A stretch of 24,000 nucleotides of DNA from Promethearchaeota archaeon (GCA_048938105.1 JBHLMN010000023.1:80079-104078); one strand, 5' to 3'; shown: positions 8,744 through 15,925, counted from the first letter of the stretch. The notes: generated by a model from the letters alone, not told the origin. Program-made: numbers and translations.

Positions 8744-8896
8744 GCCACTGTGGCTTAGTTTTGGTTAGATGGCTCAGGGTTGCAGCGTCTACCAGATAGA
8801 GAAGCCCGGTTATAGCGCCTCCTTGGTATTTTTCTTTCCAGTCTTGGAAGAGAAACAGTTAGGAGGATGTCGTGGGTTCAAATCCCACCAGTGGCT
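8744..8896 (+). tRNA. tRNA-Thr (anticodon GGT) interrupted by two introns
   Basis: The acceptor stem GCCACTG (8744-8750) / CAGTGGC (8889-8895) is 7/7 Watson-Crick. The T-arm is GTGGG-TTCAAAT-CCCAC (8872-8888). The anticodon stem is CCTCC (8818-8822) / GGAGG (8862-8866) and the loop starts TT-GGT-A (anticodon 8825-8827). The gene spans 153 nt, so about 78 nt must be spliced out. Proposed intron 1 is in the D-loop at ~8759-8804 (46 nt, boundaries +/-2). Intron 2 is at the canonical 37/38 site, 8829-8860 (32 nt, with an imperfect internal hairpin). The spliced product is 75 nt, with discriminator T and no encoded CCA. Confidence 0.75.
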
Positions 8897-8954
8897 TTCT
8901 TATTAAGAAGACATACTTTAGTACTCAATTTTTATAAAACCCCGAGGAGATCAT

Positions 8955-9590
8955 TTGGATTATAGGAGCCTATATGAATTATGGCTAGAAGAAAGAGCTA
9001 GTTCAACTCTTCTAAAGATACCTGCAGATTTTTATATTTCCATGGATGGGAAATTGGCTAAATTATATAGAAAACCACAAAATCTAGAATGGGAAGAGAT
9101 AGTAGATGAAATTATAGGAAGAATGGAGTTTCTCCGTAAAGATCTCGTTCAACTAAGATTAACAAAAATACTAAATTCAATAGTTTATAATGTACCAATC
9201 GATTTGGAAAACCGGTGTACTTGGGGAGAACGCCGTTTAATTAAAGATTTAAGAAACGCTATTGAAACGCTTGGCATGGAGAAACCAAACATTTTAGATA
9301 CTCAGGATAATCTTCCAATCACGAATCTCCAGGAAGATTCGGACGTAGAGTCTAATCAAATTGAGGAGAATAGCGATGCTATTCCCACTTCCCAAGTTAA
9401 TTTGATAATTAGGATTCTTGACGATGTCGAAGCCTTTATTGGTCTGGATAACAAGCGATATGGCCCCTTAACAAGGCATGATATTGTACGTTTGCCCTTA
9501 GAGAACGCTAAAGCTCTAATTGCCCGAGGAATGGCAAGAATAATAGAAATAGACGAAAAAAAAAAGGTAATTTTAGGTGAAAAAATGTGA
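8955..9590 (+). CDS. GINS subunit, Gins51 (Gins15)-like
   Basis: The N-terminal A-domain pattern is LYELWLEERASSTLLKIPADFY. The C-terminal B-domain pattern is IRILDDVEAFIGLDNKRYGPLTRHDIVRLPLENAKALIARGMARIIE. The TTG start is preceded by the strong SD-like GAGGAGATCA with 5-nt spacing. Confidence 0.6.
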   Translation: MDYRSLYELWLEERASSTLLKIPADFYISMDGKLAKLYRKPQNLEWEEIVDEIIGRMEFLRKDLVQLRLTKILNSIVYNVPIDLENRCTWGERRLIKDLRNAIETLGMEKPNILDTQDNLPITNLQEDSDVESNQIEENSDAIPTSQVNLIIRILDDVEAFIGLDNKRYGPLTRHDIVRLPLENAKALIARGMARIIEIDEKKKVILGEKM

Positions 9591-9775
9591 GAAGACGCTA
9601 TATTCCTCAACCTCGTTCACACTTTCTAAAAGTGACTTGTGAATGCGGGAATGTTCAAGAGATTTTTTCTCATGCCACAACCGTTATTGTTTGCCGCGTT
9701 TGTGGGAAAACTCTTGCAGAACCTAGTGGAGGAATTACAAAATTGTATGGGGAAGTTATTGAGGTTTTAGACTAA
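9587..9775 (+). CDS. rps27e: Ribosomal protein eS27 (S27e)
   Basis: 62 aa with a C4 zinc ribbon: FLKVTCECGNVQEIFSHATTVIVCRVCGKTLAEPSGG. Its GTG start overlaps the GINS stop (ATGTGA). Confidence 0.9.
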   Translation: MRRRYIPQPRSHFLKVTCECGNVQEIFSHATTVIVCRVCGKTLAEPSGGITKLYGEVIEVLD

Positions 9776-9792
9776 AAAAAAGGCGATAATGA

Positions 9793-10578
9793 ATGGATAC
9801 TAATTTTCCAAGAGTCGGTGAACTCATTATTGGTACTTGCTCCAAACTAACACCACATGGAGCATATTTTGAAATTTTCGATTATGAGAAACTGGGCCAA
9901 GAAGCAGGTTTTGTTCATATCTCAGAGCTAAGCCGTACTTGGGTTCGGAATATTCGTAGTCATATTCGTGAAGGACAAAGAGCAGTAGCCAAAATCTTAC
10001 GGGTTGACACGGCCCGAGGGGAGATTGACATGTCCATTCGACGAGTATCAGAACCACAGCGGAGGTCTAAACTTAACGAATTCAAACAGGAAAATCGTGC
10101 TAGAGGTCTCGTAACAGTTGCTTGTGAAAAAGTCGAAGTTTCTGCTGATAGCGTTGAAGAATCTCTTTTGGGAAAATTTGGCTCTATTTATGAAGGAGTA
10201 ATCCAAGCAAGGGAAGGAGGTGTAAGTTTGCTTACTGAAATTGGAGTTCCCAAAGCTGCTGCACATGAAATTTATCAATTGGCATTAAAAGAACTACAAC
10301 CACCAACAGTTCGATTAAGTGGGCTAGTCCGAATAACTTGTTACGAACCTGAAGGAGTACTTCTTCTTAAGAAATTCTTTACCTCCTACAATAAGAATTT
10401 TGATAAAAAGTATAAAGGTTCTCAGATCAAAATTCAGATCATTTCTCCACCTGATTATCGTTGTGTGATCGAGAGTGGAGACTGGAGAACTGCAGAAGGC
10501 ATTTGGACTGATATACAGAAGGAGACTGAACAATACTTTTCTCCTTATGATGCTGAATATTCTTTTGAAAGACAATAA
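9793..10578 (+). CDS. eif2a: Translation initiation factor aIF2 subunit alpha
   Basis: It has an N-terminal S1/OB domain (GELIIGTCSKLTPHGAYFEI...GFVHISELSRTWVRNIRSHIREGQRAVAKILRVDTARGEIDMSIRRV), then helical and alpha-beta domains. It is 261 aa and sits in the conserved archaeal S27e-aIF2alpha-Nop10 neighbourhood. Confidence 0.9.
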   Translation: MDTNFPRVGELIIGTCSKLTPHGAYFEIFDYEKLGQEAGFVHISELSRTWVRNIRSHIREGQRAVAKILRVDTARGEIDMSIRRVSEPQRRSKLNEFKQENRARGLVTVACEKVEVSADSVEESLLGKFGSIYEGVIQAREGGVSLLTEIGVPKAAAHEIYQLALKELQPPTVRLSGLVRITCYEPEGVLLLKKFFTSYNKNFDKKYKGSQIKIQIISPPDYRCVIESGDWRTAEGIWTDIQKETEQYFSPYDAEYSFERQ

Positions 10579-10604
10579 ATGCAATAATGTAAACTGGGAT
10601 ACGA

Positions 10605-10781
10605 ATGCGCCTGTTAAGAAAGTGTAAATGCCAATATACTATCGATCAATCAAAGAAAATATGCGATAAATGTGGGGGAAGGTTTCATAGCGCGTACCCA
10701 CCAAAATTTTCTCTTTATGATAAATATGCTGATTATAAACGCAAAATGAAAGAACTTGCTAAACAAAGGGGATTATTATGA
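10605..10781 (+). CDS. nop10: H/ACA RNP protein Nop10
   Basis: Too short (58 aa) for the ORF track. My translation is MRLLRKCKCQYTIDQSKKICDKCGGRFHSAYPPKFSLYDKYADYKRKMKELAKQRGLL*. It has the Nop10 zinc ribbon and the PPKFS-x-D-KY-x-YKR motif. Its stop overlaps the next gene's start (ATGA at 10778-10781). It sits in the canonical position after aIF2-alpha. Confidence 0.85.
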   Translation: MRLLRKCKCQYTIDQSKKICDKCGGRFHSAYPPKFSLYDKYADYKRKMKELAKQRGLL

Positions 10782-11284
10782 CGGAACAATCATCAATAAT
10801 AATCCGAAAGTTCGAACTAAAGGATCTAGACCAAGTTATGGAGATTAATAGACAAACACTACCAGAAAACTATCCTGAGAGCTTTTTCCGTACGATTTAT
10901 TCAGAATTACCCTCTGCATTCTTGATTGCTGAGATAAATGGAAAGATTATAGGATATACTATGGCTAGAATTGAGAGGGGATTAAGTCATTACTCTATTT
11001 TTCACCGGGCTAAGAAGGGTCATACGGTTAGTGTTGCAATCAGACCAGAATATCGTAGAAAAGGTTTTGCATCAAAGTTATTAAAAGAATCTATCGCTGG
11101 AATGATTAACCAAGGCGCAAACGAACTCTTCCTAGAAGTTCGTGTTTCAAATACTGCAGCTGTCAATCTCTATAAGTCTCTAGGGTATGAAATCTTAAAG
11201 GAAATTAACCATTACTACCGTGACTTTGAATCAGCTTACTTGATGGTTCAAAAAGTTCTTAAGACTTCGAAGAATACCTCGTGA
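10778..11284 (+). CDS. GNAT N-alpha-acetyltransferase, RimI/Ard1 (Naa10)-like
   Basis: The acetyl-CoA motif A is RRKGFASKLL (R-x-x-G-x-A). Also present are FLEVRVSNTAAVNLYKSLGYE and HYYRDFESAYLM, typical of archaeal Ard1/RimI. Length is 168 aa. Confidence 0.8.
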   Translation: MTEQSSIIIRKFELKDLDQVMEINRQTLPENYPESFFRTIYSELPSAFLIAEINGKIIGYTMARIERGLSHYSIFHRAKKGHTVSVAIRPEYRRKGFASKLLKESIAGMINQGANELFLEVRVSNTAAVNLYKSLGYEILKEINHYYRDFESAYLMVQKVLKTSKNTS

Positions 11285-11759
11285 TCTTCTCATAGTCTTA
11301 GAAAGCGGGATTTAGGAATAATATCTTCCTAAGCTAGGGATTAATGGTTTAGATAAGTATAGGTTATTTCACAATCTTGATAAGAATAATAGTATTAAGA
11401 AATATGTCATCATCACGTTCTATAGCGATTACATAAGGATTAAAAATGCAGTGAGAACTAATTAAGACAACTGTCCTCTCAACGATTTCTATACTACCTG
11501 AACTAAGTAGACTTATGAATATTCCATAATTAACACCAAATAAAATCATTAACTTTGAAGATCAGTTTTAATCCTAATTACAACTCAATGATAAGGGATT
11601 ACAAATCAGAGAAGGTTAATCAAGCACAATTTAAGTCAGAAAACGCCCAAACATAAAGCTTTAAAAGGACGGAATACGTGACTAGTGTAAATATTAGAAT
11701 AATATTTAATATGGAGAGCCTGTTACAATTAGATCAAAGGCTCACTTTCAAAATTAGAA

Positions 11760-11766
11760 TATAAAT
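11760..11766 (+). promoter_or_regulatory. TATA-like box (TATAAAT) positioned for a leaderless Vps22-like/SPFH transcript
   Basis: The box centre is about 28 nt upstream of the ATG at 11791 and no SD-like sequence lies between them. That spacing fits archaeal TATA-to-TSS distance with a leaderless mRNA. Confidence 0.35.
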
Positions 11767-11790
11767 GTTTCTCCGAGAATCATTCTAAGA

Positions 11791-12792
11791 ATGGTGGTTG
11801 AATACGTGAAAGAGTACTTTTTAAAGGCTAGTAATGCCTTGACACGTCTAAATAATAGTGTCTCAACTAATGCTCGAAGTGTTGCAGATATTACATTGAA
11901 GATCTATACAAAATTTGAGGAGATTCGATACACAAGTGAAGCCATTCCTGATTTCATTCTTCATCCTAATCAAACCAAATCCAACCTCAAATCGAGTGGT
12001 GAAATACGGGTTGCCCAATTGCTTGCTTCTATTCTTTGTGAGCGAATTACAGATCAATCAATGCGATTAGCTGAGGATCTTGATTTTAGAGAAGAGGATT
12101 TGGATGTTCGAGAAGAAATCCGTGTGATTCACGAACATGTTACCCGATTGAGTGAAGTTATCCAAGTTCAAAAGAAATTAGCTGATGGTGCACCTGTTTC
12201 AACTGAAAGCATTAAAGACTTGCAGAAAAAATACGATACTCGCATTAAACAGCTAGAACAAGAGCTTTTGCGTAAAGAAGGTCGTGCTTTAACTGTAACT
12301 GCTCTAGATGCCACAAAAAAGCCGAAACTGTTTGGAAAGGGAAGATTTGAAAAAACACTAGATGATCTAATTCTTGAATATGGGAAAAATCTTCGTGCTA
12401 GTTCTGGTGGTTATATTTCGCTCGCAAATCTTTATACAGCTTTAAAGACTCAAGTTCCTGATGTCGAATTTTCTACAAAAGATCTTGAGAAATCCTGTAA
12501 ACGTCTCAAAAAACAATCTCTCATTGAAGGAATCGTAAAACGATCAGGGGTCAAGATAGTAGAATTTGTTCCAGTCACTCTTGGGAGTGATGCGAGGAAA
12601 GTTTTTGATTTAGCAGTTAATAAAGGATATGTCACACTCGAAGAGGTAATAATGGGTACCAAATGGGATCAACAACGTGTTGTTAGAGTTCTTGAAAGTC
12701 TTGTTAACCAAAAAATTGCTCGAAAAGTTTCCTCTCTTGATACAGGAGATCAATATTATTTTCCTGGATTATATGGGGACAATAGTTGGTAG
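11791..12792 (+). CDS. ESCRT-II Vps22/SNF8 (EAP30)-like protein: helical N-terminal half plus tandem winged helices
   Basis: The C-terminal ~140 aa align colinearly with human SNF8/EAP30 as I remember it. GGYISLANLYTAL matches GGLITLEELHQQV. FSTKDLEKSCKRLKK matches VSQDDLIRAIKKLKA. VNKGYVTLEEVIMGTKWDQQRVVRVLESLVNQKIARKVSSLDTGDQYYFPGLY matches EKNGYVTVSEIKASLKWETERARQVLEHLLKEGLAWLDLQAPGEAHYWLPALF. Confidence 0.8.
   Translation: MVVEYVKEYFLKASNALTRLNNSVSTNARSVADITLKIYTKFEEIRYTSEAIPDFILHPNQTKSNLKSSGEIRVAQLLASILCERITDQSMRLAEDLDFREEDLDVREEIRVIHEHVTRLSEVIQVQKKLADGAPVSTESIKDLQKKYDTRIKQLEQELLRKEGRALTVTALDATKKPKLFGKGRFEKTLDDLILEYGKNLRASSGGYISLANLYTALKTQVPDVEFSTKDLEKSCKRLKKQSLIEGIVKRSGVKIVEFVPVTLGSDARKVFDLAVNKGYVTLEEVIMGTKWDQQRVVRVLESLVNQKIARKVSSLDTGDQYYFPGLYGDNSW
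12073..12114 (+). repeat. In-frame 21-bp tandem duplication inside the Vps22-like gene (EDLDFRE / EDLDVRE)
   Basis: gaggatcttgattttagagaa is followed directly by gaggatttggatgttcgagaa, with 17/21 identical positions. Confidence 0.7.
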
Positions 12793-12802
12793 GTGAAATC
12801 TT

Positions 12803-13693
12803 ATGGCAGAAGTAGAGAAATTTGGTGGATTATTTCGTAGAATAGGCGATGCTGTACATATTGGAACGAAAAAATTTAAAGGAAAGTCAATTTTGAATTC
12901 AGATTTTGGTCCAGAAGCAGAAAGTTCATTGATTTGTAGGTTAAAATCCGAAGATTTTGATGGTTTTCGGAAGTACGATGGATTCATTGTTAAAGACCCA
13001 GAAAATGCGATTTTATTACAATCTGGATCTTTAGTAGGGGTCGCTGGCAGTGGTATTTACGAGCTGGATAAAAGTGCTAAACGACCTGGAAGTGAAATTA
13101 TCTGGGTAACAAAGCGGGAATTCATTATCAAATGGGGAACACCTGGGATTTATACCTCTGATAATATAATGGTTGGTTGTTATGGTATTTCTCGTATGAG
13201 GGTTGTCAACCCCCGTAATTTTATTATGAATGTTGTTTCACATAAACAGTACTATTCTGGTAATGAATTAAAGAATTGGGTCAAGCAGACAATTATAGCT
13301 GCCGTAAAACATGTTTTATCTCGATATTCTGTACCAGAGATGCTCAAGGAGCGTAGAAGTTTAGAAATCCAAACACGTTCAGAACTTGGACCTGAAACTT
13401 CTCGTTGGGGATTAGAGTTAGTTGGACTGGATATTGGGGGCTTCAAAGTACCTGATGAATATCAAGCCTTGTTATCATATGAAATCGAAAAACAGGTTTT
13501 GAAGCAACGCAGGGAGTTAGCAGAAGAAAGAAAAATGTTTGATGATTTAACGGAAAAAGTAAAGAAATATGAACATATGCTTGAACAAGCTGATGAAATG
13601 TTTCTCAGTGGTAAAATCTCAGAGAAAAAGTATAAGGAACTTACAGATAAATATTCTAAAAAATTAGCTCAATTTAAAGCTCAAATTTCATGA
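12803..13693 (+). CDS. SPFH/Band-7 superfamily protein of the YdjI / PF13421 (Band_7_1)-like type with a C-terminal coiled coil
   Basis: It has an N-terminal GGLF motif, then the pattern IVKDPENAILLQSGSLVGVAGSGIYEL...IIWVTKREFIIKWGTPGIYTSDN...GCYGISRMRVVNPRNFI...WGLELVGLDIGGFKVPDEYQ, which I recognise from COG4260/PF13421 proteins. The last ~70 aa are heptad-rich (KQRRELAEERKMFDDLTEKVKKYEHMLEQ). It starts 10 nt after the Vps22-like stop. Confidence 0.7.
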   Translation: MAEVEKFGGLFRRIGDAVHIGTKKFKGKSILNSDFGPEAESSLICRLKSEDFDGFRKYDGFIVKDPENAILLQSGSLVGVAGSGIYELDKSAKRPGSEIIWVTKREFIIKWGTPGIYTSDNIMVGCYGISRMRVVNPRNFIMNVVSHKQYYSGNELKNWVKQTIIAAVKHVLSRYSVPEMLKERRSLEIQTRSELGPETSRWGLELVGLDIGGFKVPDEYQALLSYEIEKQVLKQRRELAEERKMFDDLTEKVKKYEHMLEQADEMFLSGKISEKKYKELTDKYSKKLAQFKAQIS

Positions 13694-15454
13694 TAATTTA
13701 TTTTCCTGCAAACTTCCTCCACATTCTGGGCATAAAATCATTTCTACTGTACTCATTTCTTTGTAGCAATCCAGGCATACTTTTAAGCTACAAGATGTGC
13801 AGAAATAGTTAATAGAATCAGTTTTTGGAAGTTCACATACACCACAAAGAAATTTTTCTTCGTGTTTTTTCAATTGTAAGGTCATTTCTCGAATGTTGAT
13901 CTTCCCTTGAATTACACCACGTAAGATATAGTTTTCTAATAATACGATTGTATCGCTATCAGATCGGTTTGATAAATCTATTATTTGTTTGAGTGGAATT
14001 TCAGCTTTAGACGACTTTTCTAGAAATTCAGAGAGACTTGGATCTAATTCAGATGATTTAAGTGAAATTGGTTCGTGTTCTATCCATCCGATTTTTAAAG
14101 GACCCTTTTTGCAGAAATGACACTCCTCAGTGCTAACTAAATTATAGGAATGAGTGTAATTAACTCTACAATATGGGCAATATCTGGGAAGATCGATAAT
14201 AAATGCAGAAATATTTCTACAAAACGGACATTCATGTTTACTTCCAGTAGAACGGCAATTTGAGCACATAATTCGTCTACAATTTTGACATTCAAAATAA
14301 AGATCCGGATCAGTATATGAAGATGTGTCTATTTGGCAAAAAATTTCAAAATGGTCTACACCTTTAACTAAAAAGGGATCAGAGGTTTCTCCCGAGATAA
14401 GTCGTAATCCAAGGAGTTTCGCTAGCTTAAAAATCCGATCTAAAAGTTTTAATGGGTCTAGATTCAATGATGATGCTAAATGTTCAACAGCAATTCCATT
14501 TTCGAACCACTCGTTTAAAGAAGGAGCAATGAAATCTTCTGTAGTTAAAGTCCCCTTTAAACTTTGATTTAAAATATTTAACAGTTTAAAAAAATCAGAC
14601 CTGTCTACATCGAGACGTTGAATCCAGAAATCAATAGGAATATTACGATAAACGAATATATCTTTTAAGATTTGGTTTATAATGTCCATAATTGGATAGA
14701 GGTAATTGTAATTAGCAGAAAAAATATAGCTGATTTGGTCACGATTTGCCTCCAAAAATTCTAGACATTTCTCTTCAGAGAGTTGTGTTAATTTACTAAT
14801 ATGGCTAATAGAGACTTCAGATTCCAAGAGAAAACTTGTATCGATAAAACGAATGACATATTCGATATTTTTTCGAATATCTGAGGGAGATGAGAAGTTT
14901 AAAGAAGTGAAATTATATATTCGTTGTTTTATTGGATCAATGTAACCAATGAAATGACTATCCTGAGCAAGAAGCTCCAGAACACCTTCCAAATGTTCTT
15001 CAGCCCAGTAAAGCTGGTTCAATAGGTATTTCAATCCTATTGCCGTGGTAGTGTTTAACCTTTGTCTGATTTCTGCTTTGGCTCCAGGTAAGGTATAGAA
15101 ATTTCGGTTTATTATATCAAAGAATCCCTCAAAACTTTGAGCTCCTATTTTAATTTGTTGTTCTAGTAATTCTCCTGGTAAGTTTGTAGTGTCAATAAGA
15201 TTACATATGTCTATAAAGCCTTTTGTTGCCAATTCACGGGATATTAATTGGTGAAGGAAGTTAATAGGGATGAATTTTTCATCATCAAAACTAACAAAGC
15301 CATTCAGCTCATTTGAGCCAATTTTTGTGCGTAAAAATGCAGCAATAACGCTTGGATTTTCCTTCGGAGCCATTTCACGGAATTTAAGAGGAGTATTTGC
15401 CATTTGAGCCTTTGTTAACCATTGATGTCTCTTTCTCCCAAACATTGGTATCAC
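13688..15454 (-). CDS. Uncharacterised 588-aa protein: repeated winged-helix-like modules, a central cluster of five CxxC dyads and a C-terminal C4C4 RING-like finger (candidate E3/scaffold)
   Basis: A long, clean ORF. The central module (res 389-448) reads C-x2-C-x4-C-x2-C-x8-C-x2-C-x13-C-x2-C-x15-C-x2-C. The C-terminal module (res 537-578) reads C-x2-C-x11-C-x2-C-x4-C-x2-C-x11-C-x2-C. Several segments look like WH modules, e.g. FIPINFLHQLISRELATKGFIDICNLIDTTNLPGELLEQQI and IVLLENYILRGVIQGKINIREMTL. The confidence is for the functional call; the CDS itself is about 0.85. Confidence 0.45.
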   Translation of the reverse strand: MIPMFGRKRHQWLTKAQMANTPLKFREMAPKENPSVIAAFLRTKIGSNELNGFVSFDDEKFIPINFLHQLISRELATKGFIDICNLIDTTNLPGELLEQQIKIGAQSFEGFFDIINRNFYTLPGAKAEIRQRLNTTTAIGLKYLLNQLYWAEEHLEGVLELLAQDSHFIGYIDPIKQRIYNFTSLNFSSPSDIRKNIEYVIRFIDTSFLLESEVSISHISKLTQLSEEKCLEFLEANRDQISYIFSANYNYLYPIMDIINQILKDIFVYRNIPIDFWIQRLDVDRSDFFKLLNILNQSLKGTLTTEDFIAPSLNEWFENGIAVEHLASSLNLDPLKLLDRIFKLAKLLGLRLISGETSDPFLVKGVDHFEIFCQIDTSSYTDPDLYFECQNCRRIMCSNCRSTGSKHECPFCRNISAFIIDLPRYCPYCRVNYTHSYNLVSTEECHFCKKGPLKIGWIEHEPISLKSSELDPSLSEFLEKSSKAEIPLKQIIDLSNRSDSDTIVLLENYILRGVIQGKINIREMTLQLKKHEEKFLCGVCELPKTDSINYFCTSCSLKVCLDCYKEMSTVEMILCPECGGSLQENKLS

Positions 15455-15570
15455 CCAAATCTCTTGCTGTACAAATTTCAGGTAAAAAAAGTGAGAAAAA
15501 TTCTTTTTATAAAATCTTTAGTCTTTCATAAAATAAAAGTATAATAAGAAAAACTTGAGGAAATAATACA

Positions 15571-15885
15571 ATGGCTCAACAAAAGATTAAATGTACAAAT
15601 TGTGGTTATATTCCCCGAGATCTCCCTGTTTCTGGGAGCTGGTACTGTCCGAAGTGTGGAAAACGTACAGAAATTCCCCACCACCGCCCACGAGTCGCTA
15701 GAAAATTCTATAAGAAGCCACGAATAACTCAAAAATCTCGAGATCAAGTAACAAGCAGAATCTATGATAAATTAACATATGAAAAAGTTCCCGATCTTGG
15801 GTTCAAAGAACCTTATTTAAAACCAAAAATTCCTCCAATTCTCCCCAAAAGAAGAGATAAAATACGATTATTTTATAAAAAATAA
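15571..15885 (+). CDS. Small basic zinc-ribbon protein, function unknown
   Basis: 104 aa. It has an N-terminal CxxC-x14-CxxC (KCTNCGYIPRDLPVSGSWYCPKCGKR) and a Lys/Arg/Pro-rich, probably disordered tail. It is divergent from the 588-aa gene across a 116-nt spacer. Confidence 0.5.
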   Translation: MAQQKIKCTNCGYIPRDLPVSGSWYCPKCGKRTEIPHHRPRVARKFYKKPRITQKSRDQVTSRIYDKLTYEKVPDLGFKEPYLKPKIPPILPKRRDKIRLFYKK

Positions 15886-15925
15886 TCAAAAGTATTGTTA
15901 ATTGATACAAAAGGTTATTATTTCT

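Noticed and set aside
8247-8896. tRNA gene plus adjacent long non-coding stretch as an integration site of a mobile element or genomic island
   Set aside because: There is no integrase or recombinase and no direct repeat of the tRNA 3' end elsewhere in the window. Flanking genes are ordinary cellular genes.
9356-10584. Minus-strand ORFs 9356-9610, 9827-10057, 10048-10278 and 10324-10584
   Set aside because: All are antisense to the strongly supported Gins51-like / eS27 / aIF2-alpha genes.
11312-11332. 7-bp hairpin TTAGGAA/TTCCTAA after the acetyltransferase gene; the same 7-mer pair also forms an inverted repeat near 5772-5810
   Set aside because: The stems are short and AT-rich with no T-tract, and the recurrence of a 7-mer pair is compatible with chance. 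It is not called as a terminator or repeat family.
11364-11549. 61-aa minus-strand ORF in the long intergenic gap
   Set aside because: It is a hydrophobic, low-complexity translation with no SD or TATA context and no motif. It is probably a chance ORF in AT-rich DNA. The gap itself is kept as a low-interest finding.
11863-13446. Minus-strand ORFs 11863-12057, 12450-12662, 12769-12987 and 13252-13446
   Set aside because: They are antisense to the Vps22-like and SPFH genes and are shadow ORFs.
13688-13693. Convergent genes (SPFH and 588-aa) overlap by 6 nt through the palindrome TCATGA, so each stop codon is the complement of the other's final Ser codon
   Set aside because: The overlap is real but most likely a by-product of genome compaction, not a regulatory device. 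It is noted only as support for tight packing.
14325-14567. 80-aa plus-strand ORF inside the 588-aa gene, preceded by a GCTAGCTTAAAAATCC promoter-like string at 14421
   Set aside because: The ORF is antisense to a long, clean CDS and has no motif. The promoter-like string resembles the AGCTAGCT+TATA element, but GCTAGC is generally common here. I do not call an antisense gene without RNA data.
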